From Lytechinus pictus (taxonomy: Eukaryota): a DNA stretch of 64,000 nt. Positions 25,829 through 37,870 of this stretch are shown here, piece after piece. How positions within the stretch are numbered: the first letter of the stretch is position 1; each line of letters begins with the position of its first letter. The notes beneath the pieces were generated by a model, which saw only the letters and a program-made list of their open reading frames with translations, ran no database searches and was not told the DNA's origin. The translations under genes and the position numbers were made by a program. The stretch lies in NCBI RefSeq assembly GCF_037042905.1, contig NW_026974140.1, positions 1,366,001 through 1,430,000 of the forward strand, read 5' to 3'.

Positions 25829-27418
25829 ATGGCTGAATCGGGCCATATACTGATTAATTCGTGCTCTCTTTTAGAGCTAGCGACCGTGCCCGGTATGACT
25901 ACAGCAGGTCTCGCGGTCATTGCGGAAACCCGGGCGCATGATGGGGTAATAACCCCAGACCTATTTGCGTCTTTGCCAAGCCTGGGAAATGTCCAGGTGG
26001 ACAGGTTTGATTTTTCCATTCCGGCTGTGCCGACCACAGCTAAGAGCGGAGCCACTCTGCTTAAACCGGCTGAAAGTTCGGCAGGGTTTCAAACTATCCC
26101 GGAACTAGATCCGGTGGTAGCTAATACTCCTAGTGGATCCTCCAATCAGCAAGCACCTCCATTTGACTTACACTCACCCCCTGAACATACTAGAGGTGGT
26201 AGGTTATCAAGTTTCAACAGTGCCCTATCTGCTGATGCTTTGCGGGCCAATGCAACGCTGAGCTCCTTCCTGGGGCGGGACAATCCCTTTTCAGGTGACA
26301 ACTTCGGATCCATGCAGAGTTCGTCAGTACCTCAGAATGAGAGGCCTGATCTTCCTCCGGTGGAAGATCACCTCCACTATGCTAACCCGGGGCATTCACC
26401 GCCTAATCCGGATATTCGAGCGGTGCCTCCAAGTGCCCCAGTCTATGGGCACATGCCCCAACCAGCAAGTGCTAGAGTTCGCTCACGCGCAGGCATATTC
26501 TTCCAGGAATTGCCGAAAGGCCTTTCTTTTGACGGCAATACAAAATGGGATCCATTCTTCCGGAAGTTCTCACTTCTGGCAGCAGACCAAGAATGGGATG
26601 GCCAGGAAAGCTTGGCCTATCTTTGTTGGTGCCTTATGGGAAAAGCTCTTGCTTATTATGATAGATTAGCCGCACAGAATCCAGCTATGGATTATACTGT
26701 TGCCATCCGGAAGATGGCTGCCCGGTTCAACTTATCAGAATTACCCGAGTCCTCCCAATTACAGTTTATGGCTGCCAAACAGGAGGCCAGTGAGTCTTTG
26801 GAGGAGTAGGTGGATCGCCTTCAAGATCTTGCGGTTCGCGCGTTTCCGGGTAGTCTGGAGAGTTTTCTCCAACAGCAGCTGGTACTTCGCATGTGCCAAG
26901 GAGCACATGATCATAATGCGGGGTACCAAGCCTTGAATCGCCGACCCAAGTCGGTGGAATCGGCAGCTGAGGCCATCCGTTGGGCCCAACACTCCCATAA
27001 TGCTGTGTTTGGCCGAACAAAACCAGTAAGAGTGGCCGCATCTCGTGCAGACAATCCCTGTAAGCGGATAGTAAACCAAGTCCATCCAATTCCTAACTGT
27101 CCGCAGAGCAATACAGGGAATGCCCTCCCAAAATCTACATGTACTGGTACAAGAACCAACCAGTTCAACCCCATCGGCATGGGGGATCTGGTCGAACGAC
27201 TGGATGGGCTTGAAGGCCGACTGGATCTGATCTCCAGTAGTGTGGCCAAGCTATGCAAATCCATCGAGGCAATGAAGACGTGTCCTTCTGTAGATCATGC
27301 ACTGAGGAATAAAATGCCCTCGGTTTCTTTCCTTGACCTCGAGGGAAACGATGTCGGGTCGGGAATGATGGCCGAATCTCGACCCAGGAACCGATCGGCC
27401 AACCCGGGTCAAGAATAG
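25829..27418 (+). pseudogene. Gag-like ORF with N-terminal HhH-like segment, interrupted by one in-frame TAG (26807-26809)
   Basis: ATG in acaacATGG context. Capsid-like LPKGLSFDGNTKWDPFFRKF...W...L...LMGKA...QEASESLEE*VDRLQDLAVRAFP and a C-terminal coiled-coil-like stretch; no CCHC knuckle seen. Confidence 0.85.
27343..27401 (+). promoter_or_regulatory. -1 programmed ribosomal frameshift signal (G GGA AAC plus H-type pseudoknot)
   Basis: Slippery heptamer in the gag frame, 6-nt spacer, stem 1 gggtcggga (27356-64) / tctcgaccc (27377-85), stem 2 tggccga (27369-75) / tcggcca (27395-401). Confidence 0.8.
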
Positions 27419-28215
27419 ATCCGGCTACACCAGCAAGCGACCAACAGGGTATAGATGCTGTCGCTGAAGTATCACTATGGTGTGCAAGCCCCGGCAATCC
27501 TGAAGAACAGACGCTTGCTGGCGACCTAATTGATCTCGAGACGGATCTGGGGAATCCCATAGACTTTGAGACAGATCCTGGAGACCTCATAGATCTCCAT
27601 ACAGATCTGAATGATCTCATAGATCTGTCAACAATTCTCGAATCAATCCTACCGATTACTCTGAATTAGAGTATACAAGCCAGTGACTCTTTGGCAAATC
27701 CGTCAGAGAATGAACTGGAGGCGGATCCAGAGGATGTAATTATCTACCGCCTTAGTACCAGTTCTATGGCCTTTATACCTATGTCATCAGGAGGCCATTC
27801 CGGATTCCCCAGAACTGAAGACTTAGAGGAATTTCCTCTAAGCTTGCCTAATAATGTAGGGCAGGAACAAAGCTGTATGCTTAGCCCAGAAACTCCTGGG
27901 TCTGCCCCACAAAACCTGGATGCGGTTTCCCAGGATTGGCGGCTTGCTAAGCATAAGAACATGGCTTTGGAGCTGTTAGGTCAAGCTGATCCACTGATAC
28001 AGCTAGATTTCTGTAATCCAGGATCAGTCCATACTGGTATAGCCAATATGCATTTGTCCTGCTGCATTTCAGCAGGATTCCCTTCCAGGAAGGGACAGCC
28101 AGTGGCACTGCCTGACACCCGGCAGAGGAGGCTATGGGATCCTGGCATTTGCAGATTTCCCGAGATGAAATCCTTGGGAAACCCTGACTTGGATCAGGGA
28201 TTGCTTCAGAGATAG
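27349..28215 (+). pseudogene. ORF2 in the -1 frame (pol position): acidic, 10-aa repeats, no Pol catalytic motifs; one in-frame TAG at 27667-27669
   Basis: The -1 frame is open from the slippery site to 27666 and continues in the same frame through track ORF 27691-28215. Confidence 0.65.
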
Positions 28216-28725
28216 ATTATCTCTGAGGAGCACCCGGACTCCGGAGATTGTCCGGGAGACTCGGAGCAATGCTATCAGGCGTTGTGATCCGGTCATTAGG
28301 GCAACCGCCTAGATAAAGTTAGGTTTTTGGTTTCCAGCGGTCAATTAAATATTGCCCATTAGAAAATTATCCCTTCTATGAGGGAATGTTCGGGCGAAAA
28401 TAATACCGGGTATTCGCCAAATTCCCAATGTGTTTTGGCCATTTTTGGATACTAAATTGGTGTTGTTTTGGTTTTTAAATTTGATATCATATGGCCTATT
28501 GGATCGTTTTGATCCAAATTTGTTTTCAGAGTTTCGGCCCCCGTGTTCTTGGGGGGAGGTTTTTCTTTAAAAAAAAAATAATAATAATAATTTTTTTTTT
28601 AGTGCTCTCCAGTGGAAATTTATGGAGGGTACGGGAAATAGTCGCTCCAAATTGGGTGGCCGAATTTTGTCCACATTTTTAATTATTTTGGAAATATGAC
28701 CAAAATTTTTCAAAACGGGGGGGTC

Positions 28726-28951
28726 TGTAGTAGCGATGTATTTCCCTACCCCTCCCCCAATCTATAATTGTGACGTCACCGGCCATGCTGCGGCGGATTT
28801 GACGTATATGGCTGACTGGCAGAACTTGAACTAGGACAACGCTCCTCAGATGTCATATTTTGCCTGGTGAGTTTGTCGATCCTACCCCCATATCGATTAA
28901 TTATTATAATCATTGAGCAGTGGTGTTCATTTACTGACCCCAGCTGCTTTA
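28726..28951 (+). repeat. 3' LTR
   Basis: Copy of 23460-23685, preceded by a polypurine tract. Confidence 0.93.
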
Positions 28952-29491
28952 TAATGAAAATTTCGATTTTATCCAGTTATGTTTGTGAATCTTGAAAGTT
29001 TTTTCTCTTTTTACCTCATAAAGTACGCTCCATACATCAATTCTACAATCAGTAATAAATAAAACATTATTTGATCCCCTTTTAAAGTTTTAATTGAAAT
29101 ATATGATTTTTATGAAAATTCGTCATTCCGAAAATTAAAAGGTTCAGGTAACGATGAAGACTAAATATTTTTCTGATACTATCGATATCAAACGATGTCG
29201 CGGACTTGAAAGACAAAATTGCCTTCGTGAAACGGAAAGTGCTGATTTGTCGCCAATCTTCCTATCTCGGAAGAATGGTCCTAGGGCTAGGAGTTTTCCA
29301 CTCACACAACATGCGAGGTTAGTATACTAACCTCGCACAACGCATGTCATTTCATAATGAATTTTGACGTTTTCATTCATTACACGAATGTGAGAATATG
29401 AAACACGACTAAATCTTCACAATATACTAAATTTAGTTATCTTAATCTTATAATGTAATCTAATTTTAAAAATCAGCACGAACTTATCTAT

Positions 29492-30255
29492 AACAAGTGG
29501 AATGCCTCTGGCCGTCTCACCTGCATCACGCGATTCAATATAGCAGCAGTGCTGATTTTGAAAACTACTATAACTCGCACAAGATGTTCAGTGATACTTG
29601 GTTACTCTTATTTCCACGTTTTATGAACTAGACCAATACACTTATAGAGATATGATGGCAATTCAACAAATACCCCTAACGTGGCCAAAGTTCTTTGACC
29701 TTACATGACCTTTGACCTTGATCATGTGACCTGAAACTCGCACAGGATGTTCAGTGATACTTGATTACTATTATGTCCAAGTTTTATGAACTAGACCAAC
29801 ACACTTTCAAATTTATGGCTGTAATTCAACAAATACCCCAATTTGGCCAAAGTTCATTGACCCTAAATGACCTTTGACCTTGATCATGTGACCTGAAACT
29901 TGCACAGGATGTTCAGTAATACTTGATTACTATTATGTCCAAGTTTCATGAATCAGATCCATAAACTTTCAAAGTTATGATGGTAATTCAACAGATACCC
30001 CCAATTCGGCCAAAGTTCATTGACCCTAAATGACCTTTGACCTTGGTCATGTGATGTGAAACTCATGCAGGATGTTCAGTGATACTTGATTAACCTTATG
30101 TATAAGTTTCATGAACTAGGTCCATATATTTTCTAAGTTATGATGACATTTCAAAAACTTAACTTTAGGTTAAGATTTTGATGTTGACGCCGCCGCCGCC
30201 GTCGCCGTCGGAAAAGCGGCGCCTATAGTCTCACTCTGCTATGCAGGTGAGACAA
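29492..30255 (-). mobile_element. HINE-like element, complete, one central unit shorter
   Basis: Near-identical to 22349-23338 but lacks the last tandem unit. Confidence 0.85.
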
Positions 30256-31543
30256 AAATGGATTTTAAACGCTTACCTCCAAATCTCAGCCAGTTACTCC
30301 GTCCGATCCTTAATACTGCGGTGGAAATTACGCAAACAACAATCGAAATGCAAATTTTTCCCATCGAACAGTCTAGATTCAAGTCGCCGGCGCATAATAG
30401 GAAATTGTACCAAAAATCAACAGGTTGCATGTCACGTATAATCGCTGATGGCGCTACGTCATAAAATAACGCTGAACAGCGAAAAAAATGCGGAGCGCCT
30501 AGAACGCAGCCAGCAGTACAGCTGATCTGACGTAAACGACGTAAACAAGCAAGTTTATTAAATAATATCGCGCGCCCTCTATGTGCATATAGAGAGAACC
30601 AGCGAATCGGGGCCATGCCTGCTTCGACATCAAGAAAAATCATCGATATAAAGTACCGGAAAGACAGAGAGGAATTGAAATTGGCTTCATATTGTTTGGT
30701 AAGTTTCATATCCAAAGCTTATCTTATATAAAATCTTTAGCTATCGCTAGTTTAAAAGAAACCGCACTAAAAGGCATTGCAAGTGCCGTGCCAGTGGTTA
30801 TCCTGTGCACGGCAGCGGTAATGTACCCATAGGTTGGAGTTTTCCTACGTATCGCTCATCTTGTCATGCAACATGCCAACACTACATACAGGCCCCTGGT
30901 GAGTAGCGGAATGGGTTCTTCTTCTTCTTCTTCTTCTTCTGGAAACAGTACAGTCCACCGTCTGGTGTATTGTCGTACTGGTGAAGTGCAGCTTGCAAGT
31001 GTATGTACATTATTCAATAAAATATTGCTTCGGCTAACATCATTCACGTTATGAAGCGATGTTAACGACAACTCTAAAACAGTCAGACCGCAGCTCGCGC
31101 GATAATGAGCATATTCACGGAGATTTATTCAGCGGCCCTCTAGCGGTCTCCGAAGGAAAACGTGCGATCAATTTGGCTTGATTTTCCCACTGAATTGGAG
31201 GGGCTGAAGTTATAGCTCTGTACTGGTCGCTAACTTCAGTTTACGTCGAAACGAATTGTGGTAAGTTATTCTCAAGACCTTCATCTACATTTTGGTATAT
31301 AATTTTTCATATTTCGACATTTTCAACCTACCATTTTTACCTCTTTAATTGATGCTTATTTTAGTAATATTTTAACTGCGATTTTGTAGTCGGAATTTCA
31401 CTTTTGGTTCCTGACTTTGCTACATAACCAAATTGTTTCGATCAGGGTTTTTTAGAAAGCAGAAAAGTCACTGTTCAAAATATGTCAGAACCAACTTGAC
31501 GCAAACTCACCTTATATTTTTATTTTAGAGAAAATGATACCCT

Positions 31544-32531
31544 AACAAGTGGAATGCCTCTGGCCGTCTCACCTGCATCACGCGATTCAATATAGCAGCA
31601 GTGCTGATTTTGAAAACTACTATAACTCGCACAAGATGTTCAGTGATACTTGGTTACTCTTATTTCCACGTTTTATGAACTAGACCAATACACTTATAGA
31701 GATATGATGGCAATTCAACAAATACCCCCAACGTGGCCAAAGTTCTTTGACCTTACATGACCTTTGACCTTGATCATGTGACCTGAAACTCGCACAGGAT
31801 GTTCAGTGATACTTGATTACTATTATGTCCAAGTTTTATGAACTAGACCAACACACTTTCAAATTTATGGCTGTAATTCAACAAATACCCCAATTTGGCC
31901 ACAGTTCATTGACCCTAAATGACCTTTGACCTTGATCATGTGACCTGAAACTTGCACAGGATGTTCAGTAATACTTGATTACTATTATGTCCAAGTTTCA
32001 TGAATCAGATCCATAAACTTTCAAAGTTATGATGGTAATTCAACAGATACCCCCAATTCGGCCAAAGTTCATTGACCCTAAATGACCTTTGACCTTGGTC
32101 ATGTGATGTGAAACTCATGCAGGATGTTCAGTGATACTTGATTAACCTTACGTATAAGTTTCATGAACTAGGTCCATATATTTTCTAAGTTATGATGACA
32201 TTTCAAAAACTTAACCTTAGGTTAAGATTTTGATGTTGATTCCCCCAACATGGTCTAAGTTCATTGACCCTAAATGACCTTTGACCTTGGTCATGTGACA
32301 TGAAACTCAGGCAGGATGTTTAGTAATACTTGATTAACCTTATGGCCAAGTTTCATGAACTAGGTCCATATACTTTCTAAGTTATGCTGTCATTTCAAAA
32401 ACTTAACCTCAGGTTAAGATTTGGTGTTGACGCCGCCGCCGCCGCCGCCGCCGCCGCCGTCGCCGCCGCCGTCGCCGCCGCCGTCGGAAAAGCGGCGCCT
32501 ATAGTCTCACTCTGCTATGCAGGTGAGACAA
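31544..32531 (-). mobile_element. HINE-like element inserted in element A copy 2
   Basis: The empty site gataccctaaaaatcgag in copy 1 shows insertion into an A/T run. Confidence 0.87.
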
Positions 32532-35500
32532 AAATCAAGAAATTTACGTTTTACCCGGAAGTAACCTTCTCGTTCACTCCACGATGGCGCGAAATAATGC
32601 CAAAATTACGTTCGTCGCGGGTTGGTAGAATTTCGCCTTTGGTCCCATACGTTGAAACTTCTGTAATGATGGCAGATGGCTCGCATTATATTTGTGACTG
32701 TGGACGGTGGACTTGTTTTTTTTTTAATTAAGACTTAAAGGTATAGTGTATGATTGGTTGATCTCAGACAAGGTCAGTGAATCAATTGTAAAGATATTAT
32801 TTTCATTAAATATCTATATCAATGCTCTACTTTATCACTCAAAAGAAATTGGTATAACTCTTCTGTTTTCATGATATTGAGGGGTGAAATATATATTATA
32901 ATATATCGTTTAACCGATATATTTTGTTTCCGCCCTCTCGAGTTAACAAATAAATTGATATTAGAACACCGTTCGAATCATGCATATTCATTACAACCTC
33001 ATGCATATTGATGAAATACGTCATGGCGCATGCGCCGTATCAAGAAATCCCCGTATCAACAAAGTGCAGCGCTGTGTGCAGAAGTAGCTGAGTAGAAGCA
33101 AACACCGAACGTTGCGTGCAAGCTCAATGAGCCGATGCTAGCCGGCTAGCGATTAGTCCACGTCCTGGACGATTTTTATTGATTGGGCAAACCAGGGGCA
33201 AACCTTATCGGACCGTACCGGTACCCCCACGCGCACACATAACCAACACACACACACACCCTCCACTGATTCACTTACCCCCAGTGATTCATCTAACCCA
33301 CTGATTCACTTTCCCCGTAAAAGAATGTAGTTTCGTGTGACTATTCAGGGGGTGTGTGTATGCGTGTTATGGGGATGTAGTGTGTTGTGTTTGGTAGTCG
33401 TATCGTACAAAATACCAACAGTCCAGGAGGTGGACTAGCTAGCGATATGCTTGCGCTCTGCATGCACGTTTACCTTAAACATAATCCACTATTAGCGATA
33501 GCACACACTGGACAAGCATATTATATGGAGCTATAGCTCCATGATTGTATCGTACGTGAATAAGGATTATCGAACGTGAATGACGAAGCGAAGGATTGCC
33601 CAATACGGCTTACTTTCGGAATCTAATGTCATGAATCTGAAAGTACTCCAAGACTAAAAGAGATACGAGAATCCCAAAGAAGGGCAAGGGCCGAGTTTGA
33701 TTTGACGGCCACCTCGCTCTTTGCGCTCGCATCAATATTGTTAGGTAGAGATATCTATGATGACAATCCTGTTCATGATTACCAAAAGTGCTTAGAATGT
33801 CAGAATTTTAGTTCAGAATATCAATCACTTTTTAAGCCCAAGTGATTGATATTCTGACCTAAAATTTTGACATTCTAAGCACATGTGGTAATCATAAACA
33901 GGATTGTCATCTAATTTTTAACTAAACATTATTGAAGCGAGCGCAAAGAGCGAGATGAAAAATTTTCATATGTATATACATGTATATATAGACGGCCATC
34001 CCCATTCTGTCTAGGGCCGAGTATGAAGAAAGGGAAGGGCGAAGAGAAAAACGATTATTTCCAGGGCGGGATACAAAATAGTAAAACATAAAAGGAAGAT
34101 AAAAGTTGATGGGACCATGGAGGACACACAGTATTGACATGAAAGTAGGATTATTCTTCGTTGTTTAGACTGAACTTGCGAGGTCAAAAGGTGAGCTGAG
34201 AAACCTGTTGATGCGAAGTATGTAGCGTAGTCTACATCGTGTAGACCGTGACAGTGTGTGTATGCGACCATAATGCATCAAATTGCAAATTTAGAATACA
34301 GTGTTTATTTGGTCAATCTTTACAAGCAGATCTAGAGCAGAGGCGTCATGAGCGAAAGCAAAACAAAATTAGGGGGGGGTAGACGTAAGGGGCAAGATTT
34401 CTCAGAAAACTCTTATTCTTGCAGCCACACAAGAAAGCTTGTAGCTAGATGTGGAGTAATGAGAAGTTGAGTATATTCCATATTGCGCGGCGCTATGGTC
34501 TATGGTAGAACCGTTGCGCTCTAGGTATGCAGAGGGGTGAATTTCGGAGCCGACCCCGGGGGCCGACCGGCATGTTTTACAACAGAACTTTACAAGTCAT
34601 GCCGTTTGAAACAGGGCAACGAAGTACGTGAAAGAAGACTAAGCAAACTTGGAGAAGCAACGTCCGAGGGGATTTACGTCTGCTTTGAAACGTGTATCAA
34701 TAAGGATTTCCAGAGAATGGGTCGCAGAGTATTTCTCCAGTATGGGGAGGGTGGGGGTAGCCTATAGGCCTAATCAATCCATCAGTGGATGGATGGATGG
34801 ATGACTGAAATAATGAATAGATGGATGAATAGGCATATATATGAATGGATCATCCGATGAATGTATAGGCCTAACCCCAAGAATGGATGGACAAAGACAA
34901 ATGGATACCAATGACGAATAATAGATAGGGGCGCCCCATGGGAGCTGTTGTTGAATGGGCTACCCCTTATTAAATAAACAATAAACAATTAAAAATAGAT
35001 GGAAAGATGAACTTTTATTGCAACAAATGAGAGGAAGATAGGCCTCCGGGATACACGCATACAGTGTGTGCACGAGCAGTTCAACTGTTGAAAAAATGTG
35101 AATGGTGCGTGGCGACGTGAGCAGGACAAAGACATCACTCACATCTTGATTGGCATAACGTAGACTTATTTAGCAATGAAAGTGGAACCGGGAATTGGGA
35201 CTCCCATTTTCCTGCTATAAATATAGGAAAAACGAATGATAACTGTTGTTTTATAGCCGAGGAAATGTATTCTTCATATTGGGATTGGGACCAAGGAGAT
35301 CCCGGCGTGTCAAAATTTCACAACTCATGGGGAAAATAATATAATAATCGTTTTTTATGATTGAAAAAAAAATGTGCTCAGTTCACACTGTCACGATTTT
35401 TTTTTTGGTGGGGTTACCTGCAGAAAAAAAATTGACAAAGCAAAAGAAAAAATCATTGGTCATTCCATACATTTCTCAAATTTGACACCTATCAGAATTC

Positions 35501-35959
35501 CAGGGGGTGCTGCCCATGGAAAATAATACATGCCGCATCCCCAGCTCCCCCCCCCCCCCGCTTCCAAGAGGCATATAATCGCGGAATAATTAATCGTATC
35601 AGAAAGTATCAGATCAGTCAAGGCGATCGTATTGATCGTAGAAAGTGTTGGAATATGGTTCAACTATTTTGGAGATCAGTTATCAAAGGCCAATCGTGCA
35701 TGGTGTTCGTGACGGATTGCACTATTGTAGGAATAAGAATATTTTGGGGCGGGAAAGTCGCCTACTTCCAAGCGGTGATGACTTTCGGGGAAAAAAAGAA
35801 ATTTGTGTTTGAAATTTTTGGGCAAGCCCATTCTGGCGAGGTTCAATGGGTATACGCCTATTCTGATGTATTTAATTTATGGTGATGTGATGCAAATATG
35901 TTGCCGATAAAAATATATTATTTTGCCTTTATGGGTGTTTTACCCGGGTGTTTTACAAC

Positions 35960-37322
35960 CAGTGGCGTAGCTAGGATTTTTTTCCTTGGGGGGCACTGGG
36001 GGGTCCTTGCTTTTTCAGGGGGGGGGGGCACCATTTTTTCCGTTGTGTGTGTATGTGTCACAAGGGCGGATCCGACTTTCGCCAATATGGGACGGGGCCC
36101 GAAATTATCTTCACCTATAATATTTCCCCCGATCAGTCACTTCTTAGTTTTATTCTTATAGGACAACATAAACATGAAATAATCTCATAAGCCTTATAAA
36201 AAGTGCGAGCGCGAAGCGCGAGCGTTTTTTTTTTTGTTACTTTAATGTACTTTGTCCTGAAAATGTAATATTCTGTGCAATGTTATGTGTGATCCTAAAC
36301 AAGATTTGTATGTAACTAGATGGTTACTGCGAAGGCCAAGCGCGAGCAGAATTTTTTATTAACTGTTCTAGCATTATCGAAAAGGGACCTGTTAAGGACT
36401 GCTTACAGTTACCCACGAAGACGGTATATATTTCAATAATGCGAGCGCGAAGCGCGAGAATTTTTTTTTTGACATTCCGACCTAAAAAATTGTCATTCTA
36501 AGTACTTTTTGTATTAATAAATGGGATAGGTATGTAACTGAACAATTGATGCGAGCGCGAAGCGCGAGAGGAAGAAAATTGAGATTTTAGACCTAAAAGC
36601 GGGACACTCTATTCATATTTTGTAAATCATAAATAGGATATAGTTAATTGGCGATCGTGAAGCGTGAGCAGACAATTATTGATATTCTGATGTGAAACTG
36701 GATAATTTAAGTACATTTAATATAAAGAACATGCAGGCTATCGCGCATGTTTTAGATTTAGACCTAGAATCTGGGCAGTCTGAATACATTTGTTTAATGG
36801 AACATTATGAAATACACGTAGACAATAAGAACTTGGCAAATCAAACAATTTGACCACGCAGCGTGAGCTTAAAAATGCTGATATGTAGACTATAAAAGGG
36901 ACATTTTACAGCTAGAACACTTAAATTTGTTAATGAAAAAAAATTGGTGAGAGCTCGATGTCCGAGCTAAAATATATTTTGTATTTTGACTTCAAAACTT
37001 TCTCCATATCAGCCTATTGAGCAAGATATGAATTTCATTGAACAGGCAATTCTGGCGCGAAGCGCAAGCAAAAGTTTTATATAGTAACATGAAAGATTTG
37101 TTTTTTTTTGCAAGTCTTCCCTTCACATTATTTCATTTACTCGTCTTCCTCCTCTTATTTTCTTCTTCTTTTTTTCTTCTGTCTTTCTTCTTCTTTTCCT
37201 TTTTTTTCTTCTTTCTCCTTTTTTTTTTACTGTGCCAATTTTTTTCAGGGGGGGGGGCACACCAAATCTCAGGGGGGGGGCATGTGCCCCCCCCAGGCCC
37301 CCCCCCCGTAGCTGCGCCACTG
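35960..37322. mobile_element. hAT-like MITE (cagtggcg TIR) with internal gcgagcgcgaagcgcgag repeats
   Basis: cagtggcgtagcta / tagctgcgccactg; 8-bp TSD tttacaac. Confidence 0.88.
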
Positions 37323-37666
37323 TTTACAACTCACAGGGGGGGGGGTCAAGGAGAATACAGTAATAGCTCTGAATACTGACTGAGAGACACTCCGATCTGC
37401 AAAAGTGAAGGCAAAGCTGTCATGGGGCAAGCAAACAAGTAATACTTTCTTGAATATGCATACCATAATAAAGTTTGTGAGAATAATATTGAAATAAAGA
37501 GAAAATAACATTGAGAATGCGAACATAAGGAATACACACAACCTAAGGTTAGGAATTGTATAAACAGCGAAAAATACAGAAAGATGTTATGAACATGCTT
37601 TCACTATTCATGAATGTATAATGCAATGATAAAGGGAAAATGTTTTAAGTTGAATTTAATTTTAAC

Positions 37667-37870
37667 CAGTGGCGTAAATAATGAACATAACAAATATGAA
37701 GGGGCCAGATATACATATAGGGCACAAATCTTGATTTTTTTTTTGGTAATCTATGATAGATTTTGACATGATATTCAGATAATAGTTTCCCTTCTCTCTT
37801 TCCTTTTTTTTCTTGGCCGTGACAAATTTGGGAATCCATACAGCCCCAAGCCTTATTTTGAACGCCACTG
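37667..37870. mobile_element. Short hAT-like MITE
   Basis: cagtggcgt / acgccactg; TSD attttaac / atttcaac (1 mismatch). Confidence 0.75.

Larger units (their letters stand above)
23460..28951 (+). mobile_element. Non-autonomous Gypsy-like LTR retroelement (gag plus frameshifted non-Pol ORF2)
   Basis: 226-bp LTRs differing at 4 positions, TSD taat, PBS-like tggcgtcatgg at 23687, PPT aaaacggggggg at 28712-28723, and a gag-like ORF. No RT, RNase H or integrase motifs. Confidence 0.92.

Noticed and set aside
25723..27962. Minus-strand and alternative-frame ORFs overlapping gag/ORF2
   Set aside because: They are shadow ORFs of a GC-richer coding region with no recognisable motifs.
32384..32731. 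Poly-Ala ORF
   Set aside because: It spans the HINE (gcc)n tract and a TE junction.
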